From: a virus
Lineage: Duplodnaviria > Caudoviricetes
Virus record (IMG/VR): IMGVR_UViG_3300037047_000283
Coordinates: 1 to 63,467 of that record
DNA length: 63,467 nucleotides
Reading direction: 5' to 3' (one strand)
In this document: piece after piece, positions 26,840-37,518 of the stretch
Position numbering within the stretch: the first letter of the stretch is position 1
How the letters are laid out: each line of letters begins with the position of its first letter
Position numbers and translations under genes: made by a program
The notes under the pieces: generated by a model
Database searches by the model: none
What the model was told of the DNA's origin: nothing
What the model saw: only the letters and a program-made list of their open reading frames with translations

Positions 26840-28969
26840 TCAATCCACTTTTTTCGTGGAGAGCGTTGCTTTGTTTCCATTCGGGTGTTCGTAGTTAATG
26901 GTAGAGTGGTTTCCACCTCTCTCCGCTCCAGTCACCTTGTATCCCTGCTTGAGTAAATGTTTATGGGCCTGATCCTCTGCGTCACTACCCACTGTGGCTC
27001 CGGCTGCTTTCTTTTGGAGTTGTGCCGCTTTTTCTCTGTATCTTTTAGCTCTCGATGCATGAAGTTCGGCGTTTGATGGATTAATGTGAGACCGGGCGGC
27101 CTTTTCATTCAATTCTGCGGCATGTATCAGGACATCAGGGTCTTTACTGTCTTCTACTTTGAGGAGACCGAAAATGGCCGCTTGTTCGTCTTTTTTCCAC
27201 TGATCCTTCCCTGCACGGGAGGAAGATTTCGTTCGGCTGTCGTCATGCTCCTTCACCGCAGTCCCATCCTTGCGGACGTATGCCTTGACGTGGCTCTTCA
27301 AGAAGCTCTCCGCGATCCCGGTACTCTTCAATAAATCATCGATCTCTTTCATCTCATTCCCCTTTGCGATTATGAAGTTCTTTCCTGTGCTCGTATGAAC
27401 CCACATCCCTTTGCCGTTATCCAGTGAAAGCGACTTCGCCAGCTCGCCGCAGGCCGTCAGCACTTGCCGCCCGGCGATTCTCCGCAGCAGCAGGCCGGGT
27501 CCGACGATCTTCACCGCTCCCTGCGACTTGATCATGTCGAGGTGGTCGGTCAGCGCCCGCAGGAACTCCCGGAACTCGTCGATGTTGTTCTTGCCCTTGA
27601 GGCGCTTGATGGCCGCGTCATGAACCGGCTTAATCGCCTCATGACTCCAGTTGCGTCCGGTCGGGTGGGCGATCTCCTTGCGCTTCATGGTGGCGGCGAT
27701 ATCGGCGGCGCTCTGGGGCTCGACGATGTTGCCCAGGCCGTACTTGCGATTAAGCACCTCCTGCTCGACCGGCGTCAGCGTGCCGACCAGACCGGCGATG
27801 GCTGCCTCCCGCTCTTGGATGCGCTTGAGCTGTGCGTGCATATCTGGCGAAAAATCACTGATTGCTTTTCCATCCTTCCACCACGGGACGACGCTTCCTC
27901 CTCCGTCCAATTCATCCTCTCCGTCCTCGTCCATGTACTCCATGCGGTCGTGGTGCGCTTGGCGCTCTTTCAGGGCAGAGACGACGGCATTGCGGCCTTC
28001 CTTGGTCGCGACCTTGAAGATGCGGCTGTCCTCCGCTTCGCCAGCAAGGTGCGCCTCGAAGGAATCGATGTCCGGCTGCGGCGCTGATGCCAGCTCGCGG
28101 CGGAAGGCCATTGTGGCGGCCATCATGTAGTCGCTGACCAGATCGTTGTACTCGAAGTTGTCGTCGCTCATGTAGACGCCATTGACGCGGCGGACGTTGC
28201 CGGGGGTGACGTAGTTCGATCCGGCCAGCCCGGAGACGGTGCGGCTCATCATCGACTGGAACTTGTCGCTGGTCAGGATCTGGTCCTCGGTCAGCGTTGT
28301 CGCCGCTCTGGCAGCATCGGCGCGACGGTTGATCTCTTCAGCGGTCAGGCGGTTGGCGGTACCTCCGGTATTTTCGTATTTCGTGTTCTTGACCCGTCTG
28401 GCTTCCCCTTCGGTCAGGATCGCCGAGGCGTGGACCGCGTGCATCGGGGCGGCGGCGGTCTTGCCGTCTGCGACTCCCTGCACGACGTACATATTGCGAC
28501 CCAGCGGGCGGACGATCGTCCCCTTGCGCTGCCGGGTGATCCCTTCGTCCTTGACGTGGTAGCGGATCTTGTCGCCGGTCTCGTGGCTGCCGGTACCGGG
28601 GGCGGTGATGACAGCTTCATGCGCCGGGACGAAGACCTTGGCGGTCTTGGCCGCGTCCTTCAGCGTTTTGTGCTCGATGGCGTACTCTTTCCCGATCTGC
28701 GTCTTGCCGCTGGAGTGCGTCACTTTGACGTGGTAGTGGGTGGCATCCTTGCCGGTCACCTGCAGCGCGAACTCTCGACCGAGGCGCGACGGCATGCCTT
28801 CCGGGGTGGTGATGATCATCTCGGCGCCGGGCGATATCTGGGTCTTGCTGCGGAGGTGGTCGCGTTTCGGCGCTTTTGCCTTCCAGCCGATCACCGAGAC
28901 TTTGCCGCTGCGGTTGTTGCGGGTGAAGGCGATATGGCCGCGATCTGTCTTCGGGGCGGTGTTCGGCAT
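26840..28969 (-). CDS. multidomain head-region protein with sigma-factor-like domain
   Basis: LTPVEQEVLNRKYGL..SAADIA..SHEAIKPVHDAAIKRLK resembles sigma70 region 4; carries the KSHVKAYVRKDGT motif. Confidence 0.6.
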   Translation of the reverse strand: MPNTAPKTDRGHIAFTRNNRSGKVSVIGWKAKAPKRDHLRSKTQISPGAEMIITTPEGMPSRLGREFALQVTGKDATHYHVKVTHSSGKTQIGKEYAIEHKTLKDAAKTAKVFVPAHEAVITAPGTGSHETGDKIRYHVKDEGITRQRKGTIVRPLGRNMYVVQGVADGKTAAAPMHAVHASAILTEGEARRVKNTKYENTGGTANRLTAEEINRRADAARAATTLTEDQILTSDKFQSMMSRTVSGLAGSNYVTPGNVRRVNGVYMSDDNFEYNDLVSDYMMAATMAFRRELASAPQPDIDSFEAHLAGEAEDSRIFKVATKEGRNAVVSALKERQAHHDRMEYMDEDGEDELDGGGSVVPWWKDGKAISDFSPDMHAQLKRIQEREAAIAGLVGTLTPVEQEVLNRKYGLGNIVEPQSAADIAATMKRKEIAHPTGRNWSHEAIKPVHDAAIKRLKGKNNIDEFREFLRALTDHLDMIKSQGAVKIVGPGLLLRRIAGRQVLTACGELAKSLSLDNGKGMWVHTSTGKNFIIAKGNEMKEIDDLLKSTGIAESFLKSHVKAYVRKDGTAVKEHDDSRTKSSSRAGKDQWKKDEQAAIFGLLKVEDSKDPDVLIHAAELNEKAARSHINPSNAELHASRAKRYREKAAQLQKKAAGATVGSDAEDQAHKHLLKQGYKVTGAERGGNHSTINYEHPNGNKATLSTKKVD

Positions 28970-29000
28970 GGCGGAAACTCCTTGTGTTGATAATGGATGG

Positions 29001-29029
29001 ATTGTATCTTTCCTTGATTCCTATATCAA
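29001..29029 (-). promoter_or_regulatory. sigma70-type promoter with conserved motif
   Basis: TTGATA-TAGGAATC(17-nt spacer)-TACAAT. Confidence 0.65.
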
Positions 29030-29040
29030 ATTATTTGCCC

Positions 29041-29128
29041 AAACCACCAGTTAAGGCGGGTTTCTTTTCTCTAGTGAAGGGACGATCCTTCCACTTGACG
29101 AAGCGCCAGCGGGCGCACGGAGGTTGTT
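29041..29128 (+). repeat. leader element copy 2
   Basis: AAACCACCAGTT..CGGGTTTCTTTTCTCTAGTGAAGGGA..ATCCTTCC..GCGCC-AGCG-GGCGC-ACGGAGG. Confidence 0.9.
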
Positions 29129-29865
29129 ATGAAAAGACTTGTGGCTACAGAAATCAAAGCAATTGCAAACATCTCACTCGGTGTCGTGAAAATCGACTGT
29201 CGTCAGAACTTCTTTTGGGTTCTTGATGCCAATAAAAAAATCCGCTTGGGGCGCATCTGGCGTGGCATTCGTTGTGGCGATCTGTTGAAAGTCATCGATT
29301 CAGCTAAGACCTACGGCGATCTTCTTTAATTAGTCGTCTCACTTATCTGGAGGCCACCATGCTGAAACTCGATTCCACTCCCGTCCGCGTCTCCTTCACG
29401 GGTCGCTGCTCGGTTCACGTCCTGCGCGACAAGATAAATTCTTTCATCGGTCTCTTCGGAACCGAGCCGGTCATCCATGTTAATGGCACCTTCGATTGCA
29501 CTGACGGCGATCCGGTCTTCGCCCGCTTCGAGAAGGTCACTTGTGTCGGCACAAAGTATGTCGAGGTTGACCTTGGCGAAGAGGGCCGCTGCAAGTTCGA
29601 TCCGGCGACCAATGACGTCACTTACCTTTTCTCCCCGTCTTAGGAGGCCATCATGCACTGCCTGAACTGTAAAAAGACCGCTCCTTCCGTTATGGCCGCC
29701 ATCGAACTCGGCTGGATTCCGTCGTATTGGGACCGGATGCCGACTCCGGATGGAGATATGGCTGACGTTGAGATCACCGGCCCCATCTGCCCGGACTGCA
29801 TCGTGTCCCTCGGTCTCGTTTATGACGCCGACTCGCTCGAATACTCGTTCCCGGTGGAGGTGTGA
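29129..29865 (+). CDS. three small hypothetical genes (29129-29329, 29359-29643, 29653-29865)
   Basis: Each has a GGAGG SD; tightly packed. Confidence 0.6.
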
Positions 29866-30063
29866 TCATGGAACACGTCTGCAACGGCTGCCTCGAATCC
29901 TTCTCCTCCAGTCTCTCCCGGTGTCCGCATTGCGGCAGCGATGATTGGGACTGCGTGGAGACGTCCGAACTTGAACTGCGCCGCTCCGGTGGCCTTGACT
30001 GTGACTGCTGATCGCCTGCGCCTGTATGCCCTTCGCATGCAGGCGCATTGCTGTTCGCTTTTC

Positions 30064-30148
30064 AACGATTCGTTAACGGTCGTTGAACGGTCGTTAACGA
30101 ACGGTTCAAGCCCATTACCATCTCCATTACCATTACCATCTCCATCTC
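30064..30148. repeat. iteron-like tandem palindromes (AACG.TCGTT x4) followed by CCATTA/CCATCT repeats
   Basis: aacgattcgtt aacggtcgttg aacggtcgtt aacgaacggtt ... ccattaccatctccattaccattaccatctccatct. Confidence 0.6.
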
Positions 30149-30201
30149 TTTAAAACCTTCTGCATCTCGCGATGCTCTTCCTCCCATTGAAAGGGTTTTC
30201 C

Positions 30202-31794
30202 ATGCTGACTAATCCCAATTTCTACCCGACCCCCCCCCTGCTCGCTTCCCGCATGATCTCGAAACTGAAAGGCCGTCCCAAGAAGGTGCTGGAGCCGTCC
30301 GCCGGCAAGGGTGATATCGTCAGGGCTGTCGTCTCCCGCTTCTCGCATACCTCGCAGCCAGAGGTCTCCTGCATCGAGATCGACCCGGTGCTGCAGGCTA
30401 CCCTGCGCGGCGACGGGCACCGGTTGATCGATACCGACTTCCTCGCCTACTCCGGGCAGGATAAGTTCGACGCCATCATCGCCAATCCTCCCTTTGACTC
30501 TGGCGACCTGCATCTGCTGAAAGCGATCGAGATAATGTATCGCGGCGAGATCGTCTTCCTGCTTAATGCCGAGACGCTCCGGAACCCGCATACCAATACC
30601 CGGAAGCTGCTGGTCCGGAAACTGGACGAGCTGGGCGCCTCCGTCGAGTATCTGCCGAATCAGTTTGCCGGGGCGGAGCGCAAGACCGGCGTCGAGGTGG
30701 CGCTGATCCATATCGTGATCGACCAGTCGGTCTCCGATGATCTCTTTGCCGGCGCCGACGACTTCTCCGCTCGCTGTACCGAGAAGGTTGAGGAGAAGCA
30801 CGAGCTGTCGACCGGGCGCACTCTGGAGGAGCTGGTTGCCGATTATAACGAGGTGGTCCGCGTCGGCACCGAGACCGTCGTCGCCTTCTATCGCAACTTC
30901 AAGAAGGTGGGCGGCTTCCTGCGGATGACCGATGCCGTCGAGAAGCTGCGGATTTCGTCGTCGTCGGATGTGACCGGCATGATGCAGGATGCGGTGAATA
31001 AACTGCTGATCGATGTCCGGGCGTGCTTCTGGCGTAAGACGCTGGACTTGAAGGAGGTCCGCAATCGCCTGACCACCAAGAAGGCAGCCGAGTTCGAGCA
31101 TGCTCTGGCCGACCGCTGCTATATGGACTTCACCGAGTCGAACGTGCGGACATTTGTGCTGAATCTCATGGACTCCTACGAGCAGACGCTGACCGATGCC
31201 ATCGTCGATATTTTCGATATGTTCACGGTCCGGCATTGTTACGGGGAGAGCGGCGTCCATGAGAAGAACGTGCATTATTTTAACGGCTGGAAGACGAACA
31301 AGTCCTTCAAGGTGGGCCGGCGCGTCGTCGTGCCGATCCGGGGCGGCTATTGCGGGAATGCGTTCTTCGAGTATGGGCGCTGGCAGCTGTCGTGGCAGGC
31401 CAAGGACCAGCTCCGCGATATCGATCTGGTCGCGTCTTACTTTTCCGGGCTCCGGGATTACCTCTCCATGTCGCAGGCGCTCATGGATGCGTTCAGCGCC
31501 GGGCCGAAGGCTGACCGGCACTCTGGTATCGAAGCTGCGCACTTCACTGTCACGGCCCACAAGAAGGGGACCATCCATATCACTTTCAACGACGAGGACG
31601 TGCTGCGGCGCTTCAACTTCATCGCCTGCCGGGGCAAGGGCTGGCTGCCATGCGACTACGGCAAGAAGCGTTATCAGGAGCTGTCGGATCCGGAGCGGGC
31701 GGTTGTGGACGCCTTCGAGGGCGAGCGGTCCTATACCGCTGCTCTGGGGCGCCCGGTCTTTGCTCCCTCGGCGCTGCTGCAGATCGCGGCGTGA
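30202..31794 (+). CDS. N6-adenine DNA methyltransferase with DUF4942-like C-terminus
   Basis: FYPTP, motif I LEPSAGKG, motif IV NPPF; C-terminal GWKTNK..HKKGTIHITF. Confidence 0.85.
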   Translation: MLTNPNFYPTPPLLASRMISKLKGRPKKVLEPSAGKGDIVRAVVSRFSHTSQPEVSCIEIDPVLQATLRGDGHRLIDTDFLAYSGQDKFDAIIANPPFDSGDLHLLKAIEIMYRGEIVFLLNAETLRNPHTNTRKLLVRKLDELGASVEYLPNQFAGAERKTGVEVALIHIVIDQSVSDDLFAGADDFSARCTEKVEEKHELSTGRTLEELVADYNEVVRVGTETVVAFYRNFKKVGGFLRMTDAVEKLRISSSSDVTGMMQDAVNKLLIDVRACFWRKTLDLKEVRNRLTTKKAAEFEHALADRCYMDFTESNVRTFVLNLMDSYEQTLTDAIVDIFDMFTVRHCYGESGVHEKNVHYFNGWKTNKSFKVGRRVVVPIRGGYCGNAFFEYGRWQLSWQAKDQLRDIDLVASYFSGLRDYLSMSQALMDAFSAGPKADRHSGIEAAHFTVTAHKKGTIHITFNDEDVLRRFNFIACRGKGWLPCDYGKKRYQELSDPERAVVDAFEGERSYTAALGRPVFAPSALLQIAA

Positions 31795-31801
31795 TTCATC
31801 G

Positions 31802-31839
31802 ACCCGCAACTGGCCTTCCCGGCGGTTGCGGGTTTTTTT
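31802..31839 (+). terminator. intrinsic terminator
   Basis: ACCCGCAAC..GTTGCGGGT followed by a T-tract. Confidence 0.8.
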
Positions 31840-31882
31840 GTCCCCCTTTTGTCCCCCTTTTGTCCCCGTGGGGACGAATCCC

Positions 31883-31970
31883 GAAACCACCAGTTTGCGC
31901 GGGTTTCTTTTCCTTCATGAAGGGATCATCCTTCCACTTTCAGATGTGCCAGCGGGCACGGGAGGTTTTT
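31883..31970 (+). repeat. leader element copy 3
   Basis: Same consensus; hairpin variant GTGCC-AGCG-GGCAC. Confidence 0.9.
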
Positions 31971-34443
31971 ATGTTCATCGAAACTATCGAGTTTATCGGC
32001 GGCACGCTGTCTGGGCTTACCTTTTCGGGGAAGACCACCTCTCCTCGCGATGTTGGTTTTACTTGCTTCAAACCTGTCGGCGGCTCTCCCTACCGCGTTG
32101 TCTCAGTTGTTAGTCTCCCTTAGTTTTCTGATTGCTTCCGTCTCTCCCCTTTGATACTATCCCAAACCTTGGAGGTGTACCCCATGTCAAAAAAATCGAT
32201 CCGCTCCATGCGCCGCTCCTACGACTACCTTGAGCGCCGGCTGACTTTTAAGTATCGCGACGGCTTCTCTGATAACGATAGCTGGATGCCGGTCGGTTCC
32301 TTCCGGGTGTTGAAGCAGCAGGAGGTCTGGGAGGACGACGAGTCTGCCGTCCGTCTCATGACGATCAAGGTTATCAGCGATCGCCCTGTGGCCGAGGTCA
32401 TCGAAGCACTGCAGACGTATCTGACTTACGGCTGCCACTGCGAGCACGATTGCTGCGGCCATGTCTTCTGCCACTTCGTCGAGGCCCGTCGTACCCGTCG
32501 CAACGAGTATTTCGTCGTTCAGCACCTTGGCCGCAACTGCTAACTCTGGAGGCTCCTGTTATGTCAAAAATGCCGTTAGCGTGGCACGGTCAGTGTGTTG
32601 ATAATGCCGCTCGAACCTTAGCCGAAAAAAAAGCTGCCGTCGCCAATCAGCAGAGAGAGATCGACCGAGAAGAGGCTCTGCTGGAATTCCGCAAGCGGCA
32701 GCTATCTGCGGCAGTGTCGCGTGGTCTGGACGGTTACGATCCTGATCGCTTCCTTGTCGCCAGAAAGAAGGTGTCCTGATGCGTAATGCCTGCCACCGTC
32801 CTGCGACCGCTGATCTCGTTCAGCGCGACCGGGTGATTGTTTATTCCTCTTCCTCCTCCCCGGTGTTTCATCTGGGGGGAGGTTTTTCTGCCGAACAGGC
32901 CGACGATATTAGCGACTTCTGCGGGGCGCATCTGCTCTCGGCTGCTGAGTTCGTCGATCTTGTGACTGGAGGGTCTTGCTGATGAAACATACTTTTGAGC
33001 CGTGGTGTCTTATGGGAAGCCATACAAATGAGTTTACGGTTGCGTCCTCTGGATGCGGTCAGATTGCCAGAATGCTTCAGCCGTTGACCGCGACTGCGGC
33101 ATACGATGGCGCTCGCATCGTCGCCTGCGTCAATGCCCTTGCCGGTATCGACGACCCGGCGGCGTTCCGTGCGGAGTCAGATTTCCTCCGGCTGTCGCTG
33201 GCTGCCGAGAACGACCGCCTGTCGCGGAATGAGTTGCTGGAGCGGCAGAATGCGGAGCTGCTGCACAATTCTCGCGCCGCCAAAACCATGTTGGGATTGG
33301 TCCAGAGCAACCTTGACGCGGGAGCAACGGCATCGCAGTCTACCAATTTGCGGTTTGCTATCTGCTTACTGTCGGAGGCAATTTCCAGTTGTTCCGGGGT
33401 AGCGACTTCTCCGGGTGTCGTTGGTGATCTGGCCGATGCGGTCTCTGGTCTACACGGTGCCCTGTCGCGGATGATCGACAAGCATGATCCGGATAGCATC
33501 GAGGCGGAGTGGTTGTCGCACTCGCATGAGGCCGTTCGGAGCGCGCAGGGCGGCGACCTCGAAATGTACAAGGGGCTCCTTGCCGCCGAGCAGGAGGACT
33601 GCCAGCTGGAGCGCAAGGCCAAGAATGATACTTGGGAACGTGCCGAAGAGTTGCGGAGGCAGCGGGATGAGTTGAAATCCCTCCTTGAAGAATCGGAAGT
33701 ATCAATCGGGGGAGACTGGCGCAATCGCCGTGATTCCCTTCTCGCCAAGTGCAAGGGGGGGTCATGAAACGTCAAGAATTTATCGATGCCGTATCTCGTG
33801 CTGGCTGGATTCCGCGTGGGGATGCACAGGCTACCCAGATCGGCACATTGTGGAAGCAGCTATTTCCGAAGGATGCCGAGATCGAGTTTCTTTCTGCCGA
33901 GGCGGATGCGGCGATGCTTCTGAAAAAACAGCGAGACAATCTTCTTCTGGCTCTGGAACCGTTTGCCATTTTTGCCTGCGATGTTCCGCCCGGCGAGGTG
34001 TGTCGTTGTCACAATTGCGAAGCGAGAAAAGTTATTACTCGGATCAAGGAGGGCGCATGAAGATAACCTGTCGCGTCCTCCTCGATGCCGTCATTGTCGC
34101 TAATCAGACGACACTGGCTGGCTTTCCTTTTGGCTTCCGTCTCCAGTCTCCGGACTCTGCCGGCAACTACCGGTTAAAGATGGTTTACCGGGTGCTTAGT
34201 TCGGAACCCTCCGTCATTCTTTGCACCGGTTCGGCGAAGGAGGTTCACGTGGCGATGCAGGCCATTTTGACCATACTCCCCGTGGCGAGGGTATCTATCG
34301 GCGAAGACTTGGCCGCTGCTGTTTCTGGCTTGCTGTCGTTTGTCGAGGAAGACGGTGATGGTGACGGTTTCTCCCCTCTGGAATCTGCGATATTCAATGC
34401 GGAGCAGGCGCTGGCTCGCTACCGCAAGGGAGACGTGTCATGA
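31971..34443 (+). CDS. run of small hypothetical genes (31971-32123, 32184-32543, 32561-32779, 32779-32982, ~32982-33767, 33764-34060, 34057-34443)
   Basis: Consecutive ORFs with SDs and stop/start overlaps; no recognisable families. Confidence 0.55.
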
Positions 34444-34775
34444 TCGCCGGCCACCGAGCGTATGTGTCGGGACCGATGACCGGGATCGAACTTTTCAACC
34501 GCCCAGCGTTCTTCCTTGCCGAGACCATCCTCCTCGCCTCTGGTGCCGCCTCCGTCTTCAACCCGGCACGGCATCCCGACGGCCTGACGTGGGAGGAGTA
34601 TATGGCGCTGGATATCGCCGGCATGCACGACTGCACCGCCTTCGTCCGCCTGCCGGGGTGGGAGGCATCCCGTGGCGCCCGGATCGAGAACGATCTGGCG
34701 AATGAGTGGGGACTGCTGGTCCTCGACTTGCCTCCTTGTGTCCTGAGTGTTCCCTTTATCGAAACCACCAGTTAG
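34440..34775 (+). CDS. DUF4406-like (nucleoside deoxyribosyltransferase-fold) protein
   Basis: YVSGPMTG..FN..AF..FNPA..WEEYM..LPGWEASRGARIE. Confidence 0.8.
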   Translation: MIAGHRAYVSGPMTGIELFNRPAFFLAETILLASGAASVFNPARHPDGLTWEEYMALDIAGMHDCTAFVRLPGWEASRGARIENDLANEWGLLVLDLPPCVLSVPFIETTS

Positions 34776-34853
34776 TGCGGGTTTCTTTTCTCTATTGAAG
34801 GGACTGATCTCTTCCACTTTTCGGATGCGCCAGCAGGCGCGAAGGAGTTCATC
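34761..34853 (+). repeat. leader element copy 4
   Basis: Same consensus; hairpin GCGCC-AGCA-GGCGC then AAGGAG. Confidence 0.9.
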
Positions 34854-35287
34854 ATGTTTAACGCCAAAGCTATGTACCTTCGTCAACTCCGCGATATCGT
34901 CGACACCCTTGCGCTGGCCAAAGATGCGGCTGCCGAGGCCGTCGCCAAAGACCCAATCTACTTCATGAGCTGGGGCGGTCAGGTGTCGTTTGTGGACGCC
35001 AAGGGCCACAAGTGCAGCTGCAACGTCGTCACGCAGGCATTCAAGGCTCGCATCGCTATCTCCCTTCTGGACGCCGAGGACAATGGCATCTCGTCGAGGC
35101 CGCCAAGCTCCTGCGCGAGCGGATGATCGACACGCAGCTGCGTTTCTCCGGCGGCTCATCGACCAGCGCTTTCTCGAATGCCGTGGAGATGCTGGAGGCG
35201 GATGCCCGCCGCGACCTGCTTTGCTACTTCGGTCCATTGACTGCCGAGGCGATTCGTTCGCTGGAAGAGGAGGTGTCCCATGTGTGA
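34854..35287 (+). pseudogene. probably one gene split by a frameshift near 35085-35092
   Basis: ORF 34854-35126 looks coding up to AEDNGI; the overlapping frame looks coding from LVEAAK to 35287 and has no own SD/start. Confidence 0.5.
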
Positions 35288-36309
35288 GTTCCAGAGTGCT
35301 TACGAGTTGTCGTCCATCGAGCGGGCCATGACGCCGCCGTCTCCTGAGAAGGTCGCCGAGGCTGCCAAGGTCGCGGCCCTTCTTGCCGCTGGTCGCTTCG
35401 TCGTTATGGCGGAGGTTCTTGCTCATTGCCGCTTCACCGATGCCGTCCTTGGCTGCGATTACTATTACGCGACCGACTGCGCCAGCTACGACGAAGCCAC
35501 CGCTTGGATCGAGGAGCATTATCTGGACGCCGAGGGATTCTCGGTTCGCTGCCCGGAGGGCTTCGTGGTCCCTCGCTTTGTCTATGTTGACGACGACGCA
35601 TTTTAACTTTTCCCTCTGGAGGCTTCCCCATGAAAGGTCTTACTTGCTCCATCCTGAAAGCCAAGGATTTCCCTGACTGCTCCTGCGACGGGATATCGTC
35701 CCGGTTCTCGCAGGTCACGCTCTGCGGTCCCGATATCGAAGGCGTCTTTGAGCCGTCCCCGGACGCTCCGGAGGTTCGCCTTGTGAAGCGCAATCTGGTC
35801 CGGGATGAGATTTACGTCCATGCCCGTCCCGCCGAGATTCCCGCCGGCACTCACTCTGCGATGGGTGGCTGCTTCATCTGGTCGTGCGATGCCCGCTTTC
35901 CGTCGCGGCAGCCGATCCCCCTTCATGACCGAGTCGAGAGGAGTCATAACCCATGCAGTCTCACTACGCGATAAACGTGTCCCGCAATGGCCGGTTCTTT
36001 TTCCGCACCGGCAATGAAATCACCGCTCCCGATGTCGCCGAGGAGGTCGTGACCGAGTTGCGGCTGCGGCTTCCGGCTGCTGACGGCTTTGTCGTCACTT
36101 GTCACCACTGGACGTGCTCCGGCCATATCTATATGCCGTTCTCCGTTGAGACGGAGCCGGTCGCTGGTCCTGTTATTGCCCGGTGTCCGTCTTGCACGAC
36201 ACTCTGTGCCAAGCTGCAAACTTCTCCCTGCTTTATCTGTTCCGAGTGCGGCTTGGAGTTCCCCTTGGTGGTACCCGGTGGCAAGGAGGTGTCCTGTGAC
36301 CCGCTCTGA
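35280..36309 (+). CDS. three hypothetical genes (35280-35606, 35630-35974, 35953-36309)
   Basis: SD-bearing consecutive ORFs; 35630 has the common phage motif MGG.F..S.D.RF..PIPLHDR. Confidence 0.6.
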
Positions 36310-36562
36310 TCATGTTGCCGCTCATGGCGACGGCGCTGTCTTCACCGAGGACTGGACCGGTCCCCGCTTTCGTTACGGGTACCGCAACCGTCCGTTCGCC
36401 ATGTGCCATCAGCCTCGAAATTGGATTATCGGAGCTGTCAATGCCGACTTCCGCGATCCTGTGGCTGGCGTGCGTCACGGTTGTGTCGATTATCCCTTCC
36501 AGCTGTCAGACCACGAGGTCTATTCGTTCGAGCTGGTCTTTCTTGGCGAGGTGACGCCATGA
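36296..36562 (+). CDS. DarA C-terminal-like domain protein (defence-against-restriction associated)
   Basis: YGYRNRPF...QP...HG.VDY...LS..EV.SFEL pattern. Confidence 0.6.
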   Translation: MTRSDHVAAHGDGAVFTEDWTGPRFRYGYRNRPFAMCHQPRNWIIGAVNADFRDPVAGVRHGCVDYPFQLSDHEVYSFELVFLGEVTP

Positions 36563-36708
36563 CCCGCTGCCTCCTGATCCTGATCTTCCTTGCCTCCCCG
36601 TGCCTCTCCGCCGGGGAGGACTGACACATAACGATTGCGTTTGTGCGGCAAGTGGAGTGCAGACAGCACCAATAATCTGGTTATATTTTTTCAAGAGGTA
36701 TCGAAAAG

Positions 36709-36891
36709 ATGCACAAAATCTTATGTATATTTGGGTTACATGACTACAAAAAGCCTTACGTCAGAGAGCACAAGAGAGAAGTACGTTGTGACCCTCGGCC
36801 TGTGATGGTGACAGATTACGCTGTGCGGAAAACCTGCAAAGTCTGCAGTAAAGATAAGCTGGTAATTCGAGTAGATTGCGAATTAAAGTAA
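36709..36891 (+). CDS. cassette gene 1 (C.FGLHDY..CxxC small Zn-binding protein)
   Basis: Flanked by GTTATATTT / AAATATAAC. Confidence 0.7.
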   Translation: MHKILCIFGLHDYKKPYVREHKREVRCDPRPVMVTDYAVRKTCKVCSKDKLVIRVDCELK

Positions 36892-36935
36892 ATATAACGG
36901 ATCATTATTGACTGGTGAGAGAAGGAGCGAAGCGG

Positions 36936-37241
36936 ATGAACGAATCCACGTTGAATTATTGGTTAGGCGTTCTTCGGGAGTGCTGTCAAAGAGAGGTTAA
37001 CGCTCTCGGTGGGGTGAAGGGAAATCTCCCGTCTCACTATCTGAAATACGGGGATAGTGGAATGAAGAACATCGGGGCTTTAACTGTATCTATCTCCGCA
37101 CACACTGGTAAAAATTGCCAGCAGGTTAGACGCTCACTGCATCAGCTCCGCATTGCGGGAAAAGTACTTTGCTTGAACGGCAAGGGATGTATTTGCCGAT
37201 GGTGGCCCATTGGTATGGCAGAAGAGTTGTTGAACGCCTAA
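36936..37241 (+). CDS. cassette gene 2, winged-HTH-like
   Basis: SD and ATG lie in the attC loop; flanked by GTTAGGCGTT / AACGCCTAAC. Confidence 0.65.
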   Translation: MNESTLNYWLGVLRECCQREVNALGGVKGNLPSHYLKYGDSGMKNIGALTVSISAHTGKNCQQVRRSLHQLRIAGKVLCLNGKGCICRWWPIGMAEELLNA

Positions 37242-37300
37242 CGATTTTAAGCTGTGCCGCTCGACGGCACGAGCGCCTTGTTATGGCGCGGGAGACGAGG

Positions 37301-37441
37301 ATGGAAAACGAAATTGTTGAAAAATGTGAAAAATGTGGGAGTGAAAACGTAGAGGTGCAGTGGGCACCCTTCGGGCCTGACAAATGCGCCGAGCCTGTCT
37401 CTGTGCTATGTCTGGATTGCGGTGCAGATCGGGAGATTTAA
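37301..37441 (+). CDS. cassette gene 3, zinc ribbon
   Basis: CEKCGS..CLDCG; flanked by GTTATGGCGC / GCGCCATAAC. Confidence 0.65.
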   Translation: MENEIVEKCEKCGSENVEVQWAPFGPDKCAEPVSVLCLDCGADREI

Positions 37442-37518
37442 GCGCCATAACGGCTTTAAGCTAAAGGGCTTGCGTTTAATGAAACAGGAAATATGAGACA
37501 CAACGGAGGTTGTTATCA

